DNA of 64,000 nucleotides from Candidatus Uhrbacteria bacterium (GTDB lineage Bacteria > Patescibacteriota > Patescibacteriia > UBA9934). Made by a program: the position numbers and the translations under genes. Shown piece by piece: positions 58,134-64,000 of the stretch (positions within the stretch are counted from its first letter, which is position 1; every line of letters starts with the position of its first letter). The DNA lies in the NCBI GenBank assembly GCA_963822405.1, contig CAWGHH010000001.1, forward strand, positions 293,373 to 357,372, in the 5' to 3' direction. The notes beneath the pieces were generated by a model that saw nothing but the letters and a program-made list of their open reading frames with translations, was not told the origin of the DNA and did no database searches.

Positions 58134-58517
58134 ATGAAGAAGAACGCTGGTTTGAAGAAAGTGCTTATTGCGGAGGACGAAAAGCCATTGGGACGAGCCT
58201 TGGAGTTGAAGCTTACTAACTCGGGCTACGAGGTTATTGTGTCCGCAAACGGCCAGGAAGCCATTGACCAACTCAAGAAAGGCGGTTTTGCTGTTTTACT
58301 TTTAGATCTCATGATGCCCAAGGTGGATGGTTTTGGTGTTCTTGAGTTTATGAAGAAGAGCGGTGACAAGACGCCGGTGATCGTACTTACTAATTTGAGC
58401 CAGCCTGAAGATGAAAAACGTGTGAAGGACTTGGGTGCTAAGGAATTTTTTGTTAAATCCGATACCCCAATTTCTACCATCGTCACCCAGGTTAAGCATC
58501 TCCTAGGAGATGTATGA
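58134..58517 (+). CDS. Single-domain response regulator
   Basis: LIAEDE, LLDLMMPKVDG, VLTN, FFVK. Confidence 0.92.
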   Translation: MKKNAGLKKVLIAEDEKPLGRALELKLTNSGYEVIVSANGQEAIDQLKKGGFAVLLLDLMMPKVDGFGVLEFMKKSGDKTPVIVLTNLSQPEDEKRVKDLGAKEFFVKSDTPISTIVTQVKHLLGDV

Positions 58518-60196
58518 TGATTTTTGATGATGACATATTAAAAAAAATACTCCTTGACGGAAGCTACGTCACGGCAGAAATTTTATCAAAGGCGGATGCT
58601 TATGTCAGTAAGCATAAGATGCCACTTATTGATCATCTAATAGCTAAAGAATACGTCACTAAGAATCTGCTCGGTCAGGCTATTGCCGAGCACTTGAAAA
58701 TTTCTTTTTCTGATCTCAAGGCTCATCCGCCTTCTAAAGCGCAGGTACTAAAGATTCCAGAGGCGATAGCGAAGAAATTACGAATTGTTGTTTTTGCTGA
58801 AGATAAAAAGAAAGTCGTCGTCACTTCAGATAACCCCGCCGAAGCCAGGATTCGTCGGGCCGTACAGGGAATTTTTCCAAATCGCGAGTTAGTTATTTCG
58901 TACTCTCTTCCGGAGGATATTGACGTTTGTTTTATTAATTATCAGACTTCACTCGCGACTCGCTTTTCCGAAATTATTAAGAGTCAGCATCAGGTGGCGC
59001 CGGAACTTTTCAATGCGATTATTTCTGATGCTCTCATGTTTCGTGCGTCTGATATTCACTTCGAGCCCTTGCCGAATGAGGTGGTGGTTCGTTTCCGTGT
59101 AGACGGTGCTTTGCGCGAGGCTGGGAAAATTCCCAAAGAATATTACGAAAACTTGTTAAACAGGATAAAGATTCAGGGGCGCATGCGGATTGATGAGCAC
59201 TTTGCGGCCCAGGATGGTTCGATGCGTTCTGAGCAGGGGAATAAGGTTGTGGATCTTCGCGCTTCTATTGTCCCTACGATCGAGGGGGAGAAGATCGTGT
59301 TGCGTTTGTTGACGTCGTATGTCCAGGGTTTTTCGTTGGCGAATTTGGGACTACTCGACCGCGAACAGGAAATTTTGGCCAAAGCCGCCAAGAAACCGTT
59401 CGGCATGATCCTGGTGGCTGGTCCAACTGGTTCCGGTAAGACGACCACGCTGTACGCCGTTCTTAAGATGCTACATCAACCGGATGTGAACATTACGACG
59501 ATTGAAGATCCCGTCGAGTATAAAGTTGAAGGCATTAACCAGATCCAGGTGAATTTACAGACCGGCTTAACTTTTGCTAAGGGTTTACGTTCCGTTGTTC
59601 GCCAAGATCCAGACATTATTTTGGTGGGAGAAATTCGTGATAAAGAAACGGCTGAAATCGCCGTGAATGCCGCATTGACCGGACATCTTTTGTTGTCGAC
59701 ATTTCACGCTAACGACGCTACCACTGCCATTCCTCGTCTACTCGACATGGGTATTGAGCCATTCTTGTTGGCTTCGACCTTGAATGTGGTCATTGCTCAG
59801 CGACTTGTGCGCAAAATTTGTGATAGCTGCAAACATAGCATCGAGGTACCGTTGAAAGACATGCCTCTAAAACATGCCGAGCGATTCTTTGGTAAAGGTA
59901 AGGCGACCGTGTATGAGGGTAAGACCTGCGCAGCCTGTAATTTTACGGGCTTCAAAGGACGCTTGGCGATTGTTGAGATTATCGAGGCAACTCCAGAACT
60001 TCAAGCATTGGTTTTATCTAACCCTTCTTCGCAACAGGTTTGGGCGCTTGCTCAAAAGCAAGGCTCGCATTCTTTGTTTGAAGACGGCATAGAAAAAGTA
60101 AAAAATGGCATGACTACTTTGGCTGAACTTTTGCGTGTAGCTGAGCCACCCTCGGGCGTAGTCCGTCCTACGGGCGAGCCGGCGGATTCTCGTTAA
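58514..60196 (+). CDS. pilB: Type IV pilus/T2SS assembly ATPase (PilB/GspE)
   Basis: ASDIH, GPTGSGKTTT, TIEDPVE, RQDPD, LTGH, tetracysteine motif. Confidence 0.92.
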   Translation: MMIFDDDILKKILLDGSYVTAEILSKADAYVSKHKMPLIDHLIAKEYVTKNLLGQAIAEHLKISFSDLKAHPPSKAQVLKIPEAIAKKLRIVVFAEDKKKVVVTSDNPAEARIRRAVQGIFPNRELVISYSLPEDIDVCFINYQTSLATRFSEIIKSQHQVAPELFNAIISDALMFRASDIHFEPLPNEVVVRFRVDGALREAGKIPKEYYENLLNRIKIQGRMRIDEHFAAQDGSMRSEQGNKVVDLRASIVPTIEGEKIVLRLLTSYVQGFSLANLGLLDREQEILAKAAKKPFGMILVAGPTGSGKTTTLYAVLKMLHQPDVNITTIEDPVEYKVEGINQIQVNLQTGLTFAKGLRSVVRQDPDIILVGEIRDKETAEIAVNAALTGHLLLSTFHANDATTAIPRLLDMGIEPFLLASTLNVVIAQRLVRKICDSCKHSIEVPLKDMPLKHAERFFGKGKATVYEGKTCAACNFTGFKGRLAIVEIIEATPELQALVLSNPSSQQVWALAQKQGSHSLFEDGIEKVKNGMTTLAELLRVAEPPSGVVRPTGEPADSR

Positions 60197-60199
60197 GTT

Positions 60200-61315
60200 A
60201 TGCCTACCCTAATATCCTATCTCGCCCAGATAAAAACTTATCTTGAGAGTATTCATTTTGGTCTTGGCAAGGACAAGGAATATTTTATTGAAAATTTGAG
60301 TTTGCTCGCTTCTTCTGGTATGGGCGTGGGGCAATCGATCGACTCTATCATGGCCGAAGTTCGTTCAAAAGAAATGCGTGCCATTCTTCTCAAGATGAAA
60401 GATGATGTCGAGTCTGGATCGTCGCTTTGGCGGGCGCTCGAAAAGACTGGTTTGTTCCCGGAGCATACGATTTCGCTTTTAAGGATCGGTGAGGAGTCGG
60501 GAAAGCTCGTGCAGAATCTAAAGGTTATTGGTGCCCAAGAAGAAAAAGAGCGAGTGTTTCGCGGACAGTTACAAGCGGCCATGCTTTATCCGATGTTCGT
60601 TCTCACCTTTACTATTGTTATTGGCGTGGGCGTAGCTTGGTTCATCTTGCCGAAACTATCCACAGTGTTTACTTCGATGAAAGTAGAGCTGCCTTTGATT
60701 ACAAAAATTTTAATGGCAGTTGGTAGCTTGTTGGCCGGACAGGGAATAATTATTGTTCCGTTATTTCTTGGAACTATAGCCGTCTTGTTGTTTGTTGTAT
60801 TTTTCTATCCGCCGACTAGATTCTTGGGTCGAAACTTAATGAGCTCGTTACCTGGCATTGGTCGACTAATCCAGGAACTCGAGATTGCTCGCTTCTCCTA
60901 TCTTCTAGGTACTTTGTTAGAAGCCGGTATTCCGGTGACTCACTCGCTCGATTTGCTCGAGAAGGCAACTTCCTTTCCGTATTACCAAAAACATTATCGT
61001 CATCTTCGATTGCATCTAGACGAAGGTTATTCTTTTCAAAAAAGTTTTGCGTCATATCCAAAAGCATCTCATTGGATTCCGGCGCCAGTTCAACAGCTAG
61101 TAGTGGCGGGGGAGCAGTCGGGGAACTTAACTGAAATCCTCGCCAAGATCAGTGCGTCTTATGAGGAGAAGACTTCTTTGACGACGAAGAATTTAACGGT
61201 CATTCTTGAGCCTATTCTATTGGTTATTGTTTGGCTTGGAGTGCTCGGCGTCGCACTTTCCGTGATTCTGCCGATCTATGGTTTGATTGGTGGGTTTAAT
61301 TCGCAAAGTATCTAG
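60200..61315 (+). CDS. pilC: Type IV pilus/T2SS platform protein (PilC/GspF)
   Basis: GEESGKL, AMLYP, GEQSGNL, LEP. Confidence 0.9.
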   Translation: MPTLISYLAQIKTYLESIHFGLGKDKEYFIENLSLLASSGMGVGQSIDSIMAEVRSKEMRAILLKMKDDVESGSSLWRALEKTGLFPEHTISLLRIGEESGKLVQNLKVIGAQEEKERVFRGQLQAAMLYPMFVLTFTIVIGVGVAWFILPKLSTVFTSMKVELPLITKILMAVGSLLAGQGIIIVPLFLGTIAVLLFVVFFYPPTRFLGRNLMSSLPGIGRLIQELEIARFSYLLGTLLEAGIPVTHSLDLLEKATSFPYYQKHYRHLRLHLDEGYSFQKSFASYPKASHWIPAPVQQLVVAGEQSGNLTEILAKISASYEEKTSLTTKNLTVILEPILLVIVWLGVLGVALSVILPIYGLIGGFNSQSI

Positions 61316-61320
61316 CTGAT

Positions 61321-61761
61321 ATGATCACCGCGCCAAAGGGATTCACTCTCCTCGAGTTGCTACTCTCCATGGCGATCATTGCCATTTTGGCCGCTATTGC
61401 TATTCCGTTTTATTCGTCATATCAGACTAAGAATGATTTTCATATTGCCCTTGAAACCACGGTTCAGTCGCTTCGTCATGCTCAGGTGCTTGCTCAAGCG
61501 GTCGACGGCGATACCTCGTGGGGCGTTCATGTTGAATCTGGAAGTATCGTCTTGTTTCAAGGGGTTGATTACGCTTCGCGGAACGTCGAGCTCGATGAAT
61601 CCTCGACCATGCCAGGAACTATTTCAGTAGCTGGTTTGTCAGATGTTGTATTCGCAAAATTTACCGGTCTTCCGTCAGCTACTGGAACGATGACGTTCAC
61701 TTCGGCTCCCAGCAACTCAGCGAGCGTAACTGTGAACGCAACGGGAATGGTCGATTACTAA
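61321..61761 (+). CDS. Pilin/pseudopilin (FimT/GspH-like)
   Basis: KG/FTLLELL class III signal. Confidence 0.88.
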   Translation: MITAPKGFTLLELLLSMAIIAILAAIAIPFYSSYQTKNDFHIALETTVQSLRHAQVLAQAVDGDTSWGVHVESGSIVLFQGVDYASRNVELDESSTMPGTISVAGLSDVVFAKFTGLPSATGTMTFTSAPSNSASVTVNATGMVDY

Positions 61762-61762
61762 T

Positions 61763-62203
61763 ATGAAACACCAACCCGCCGGATTCGTTTTAGTGGAAGT
61801 CATGTTAGCGTCATTTCTTTTTTTATTACTCGTGGTAGCTCTCGGCAGTGCGTTGTTGTATGGGCAGGAGTCCACGGTTTTGGCTGGCAATCGGGCGCGC
61901 GCCATATTTTTAGCCGAGGAAGGGCTGGAGGCTGTGCGAAATATTCGTGACGAGGATTACACTTTGTTGACGAACGGCGTTTATGGATTGGCAGACGCAA
62001 CGGGAACATGGACTCTCTCGGGATCGAGTGACGTCAGTGGCGAATTCACACGAACTATTACTATCTCGGACGCTGGGGTCGGGGCAAAAGAAATATCGTC
62101 TGAGGTCACGTGGACGCAGACCGCTCGAAGACTCGGCGATGTGATTTTGGTCACGCATTTATCCGATTGGACTGTGCCTCCTCCGCCACCGCCAGCACCG
62201 TAA
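61763..62203 (+). CDS. Minor pilin (PilV-like)
   Basis: AG/FVLVEVM; AEEGLEAVRNIRD. Confidence 0.82.
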   Translation: MKHQPAGFVLVEVMLASFLFLLLVVALGSALLYGQESTVLAGNRARAIFLAEEGLEAVRNIRDEDYTLLTNGVYGLADATGTWTLSGSSDVSGEFTRTITISDAGVGAKEISSEVTWTQTARRLGDVILVTHLSDWTVPPPPPPAP

Positions 62204-62207
62204 GAAT

Positions 62208-62708
62208 ATGCATAATCAAAAGGGTTTTACGCTAATTGAGCTACTACTATATATAGGTATTTCTGGCATTGTATTATTTTCGTTGTCAGTCTTCTTCTCG
62301 GTTCTGCTTAACTCGCGAATCAAAAGTGAGACTGTGGCCGAAGTAGACGGGCAAGGCATGGCGATTATGAGCTTAATGACTCAATCAATTAGAAATGCAG
62401 ACAGCATTTCTCTACCGGTAGCTGGCGCATCAGGTTCGTCGTTGACTCTACTGATCGACGACGTTGCTTCGAGTCCAATGATCTATTCTGTTGTCGACAA
62501 TACATTAATGATGACGAGCGGTTTAGATGCTCCAGTGGCGCTCACAAATGGAAATGTGCAGGTTACTGGATTTCAAATTGAGAACACTTCGCGAGTAGGC
62601 ACGCGGGGTAACGTGAGAATTACTTTTACGCTGTCTCGTCTTAATCTCTCGGGAGGAAACGAGTATGATTACGCTCAGACATTTGAAGGATCGGCTAGTT
62701 TGCGGTAG
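62208..62708 (+). CDS. Minor pilin (PilW-like)
   Basis: KG/FTLIELL. Confidence 0.85.
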   Translation: MHNQKGFTLIELLLYIGISGIVLFSLSVFFSVLLNSRIKSETVAEVDGQGMAIMSLMTQSIRNADSISLPVAGASGSSLTLLIDDVASSPMIYSVVDNTLMMTSGLDAPVALTNGNVQVTGFQIENTSRVGTRGNVRITFTLSRLNLSGGNEYDYAQTFEGSASLR

Positions 62709-62725
62709 CAAAAATTCTCTTTCTT

Positions 62726-63151
62726 ATGGACAAATTTTCACGGACGCCAGAAAGGCTATATACTACATCTCGTGGCGGGTATATTACGCTCATTAGCGTA
62801 CTCGTAGTTGGAGCTGTAGGAGTATCAGTTACCGTTTCGCTTTTGCTCCTTGGGATTGGCGCGACCAGAGTTAGTTCAGTGGTCGAGGAATCGGCACTAG
62901 CGAGGGGTTTTGCGGACGCCTGCGCAGAAGATGCGCTTGGGGAAATTCACAGTTCTGCAGTTTGCGCTGGCGGCGGAGTTCGAACGTTTGTTCGCGGGTC
63001 TTGCGCTTCGACCGTCTCGAGCGCAGGGGCTACGTGCGTGATCGCTTCGGCGGGAACTGTTGGCACAGTGGTGAGGCGTACGAAGGTTATATTGTCCAGT
63101 GTTACTCCAGCGCCGGTAGTGCTGTCCTGGCGGGAGGTGGCAGATTTTTAA
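62726..63151 (+). CDS. Minor pilin (PilX-like)
   Basis: GG/YITLIS lacking Glu5; ADACAE; C-terminal WRE. Confidence 0.75.
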   Translation: MDKFSRTPERLYTTSRGGYITLISVLVVGAVGVSVTVSLLLLGIGATRVSSVVEESALARGFADACAEDALGEIHSSAVCAGGGVRTFVRGSCASTVSSAGATCVIASAGTVGTVVRRTKVILSSVTPAPVVLSWREVADF

Positions 63152-63189
63152 AAGCTAGAATTCACGAGATATTTTTATACATAACCTGT

Positions 63190-63663
63190 ATGGGCATAAG
63201 ACTGACGCCAATTAAAGAAAAGCATAAAATAGCTGGATTCACTCTCCTTGAAATGCTTCTCGTGGTCGCACTTATCGCAATTTTGGCGAGCATAGTTATT
63301 TTAGCTATTAACCCAGGAAAACAGTTGGCCGAGGCGCGTAATGCTCAGAGACGATCAGATGTGAATACTATTCTGAACGCCGTTTACCAGTACGCCATTG
63401 ATCATAATGGTCTTTTGCCAGCGAGCATTTCTTCTGGGACGGAGTCGCCAATTTGTAAGGAAGGAGTGGTGGATTGTGGTTTGAACGCGGATTTTACTGT
63501 TTTAACTACTGACGCCACTTACATTACCGCCATACCTCAGGATCCAAATGCGTCATGCGAGACCGGTAGTTCGTGCTATACGGTTTTTCAATCATTAACT
63601 GGCCGGGTAACTATTGCCGCTCCTTACGCGGAAAACGGAGCAATCATAAGTGTGACACGGTAA
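63190..63663 (+). CDS. Type IV pilin
   Basis: AG/FTLLEML, INP.KQLAEARNAQRRSD, IPQDP; start trimmed to MGIRL. Confidence 0.88.
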   Translation: MGIRLTPIKEKHKIAGFTLLEMLLVVALIAILASIVILAINPGKQLAEARNAQRRSDVNTILNAVYQYAIDHNGLLPASISSGTESPICKEGVVDCGLNADFTVLTTDATYITAIPQDPNASCETGSSCYTVFQSLTGRVTIAAPYAENGAIISVTR

Positions 63664-63675
63664 TACATTGCCGTT

Positions 63676-64000
63676 GTGAACAGGCCCAAAAAATACCTTT
63701 CAATTAGAACTAAAGTTGTCGGATTGGTTATTTTAAGTGCAGTTAGCTTTACTGTGCTTGTATATTATATTTCTTCACAGATTTTATTAGGAAGCTATTT
63801 GAAAATTGAAAGCGATAGCACAATAGCTAATGTTCATCGGGCTAATGACGCTTTGGAGAACATGATTAATAAACTAGACGTTAAACTAGTTGATTGGGCT
63901 TTTTGGGATGATACTTATCAGTTCGCGATCGATCAAAATTCAGCCTATGCTGATTCGAATTTGGGGATGATCTCGCTGTCGAACCTTGAGATAAATGGAT
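63676..64000 (+). CDS. CHASE4-domain sensor protein, N-terminal part (runs off window)
   Basis: Hand translation from GTG 63676: TM helix then DWAFWDDTYQF. Confidence 0.75.
   Translation, partial: MNRPKKYLSIRTKVVGLVILSAVSFTVLVYYISSQILLGSYLKIESDSTIANVHRANDALENMINKLDVKLVDWAFWDDTYQFAIDQNSAYADSNLGMISLSNLEING

Noticed and set aside
21-63663. Numerous 60-220 aa ORFs antisense to or overlapping called genes
   Set aside because: Shadow ORFs with no recognisable motifs

Overview
Bacterial chromosomal window in genetic code 11. Gene content and promoter style suggest a Patescibacteria/CPR genome (inference). The housekeeping backbone includes clpC-like, htpX, lemA, phosphomannomutase, rseP, pheS, pheT, dnaE, thrS, miaA, gatB, a dTMP-synthesis cluster (dut, DHFR-like, thyA, dCMP deaminase, two HIT proteins, cytidylyltransferase), rplA/rplK/nusG/secE, and a type IV pilus cluster bracketed by a response regulator and a CHASE4 sensor. 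A ~19 kb accessory/defence region (~13.2-32.0 kb) carries a type I R-M system with a Shedu-like nuclease and an AAA ATPase nested between hsdM and hsdS, plus zeta toxin, three Fic/Doc proteins, RhuM, GIY-YIG and DUF2779 genes. It is followed by a damaged metK with a SAM-I riboswitch and an atypical tRNA. Four unexplained signals stand out. (1) A family of 4-unit heptamer arrays (TAGGGTG / CACCCTA): the G-rich arm starts exactly on an upstream TAG stop and the C-rich arm ends exactly on a downstream ATG; one pair encloses a four-helix-bundle (IVP/Avd-like) gene, and empty or solo copies sit at thrS and pheT. (2) An orphan MazF/PemK-like gene between pheS and pheT faces a convergent promoter plus a two-hairpin small RNA. 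(3) Several repeat/REP elements are translated in frame inside essential genes. (4) Decayed duplicates of gene 3' ends lie behind cargo genes. All product calls come from motif recognition by eye; no database searches were run.
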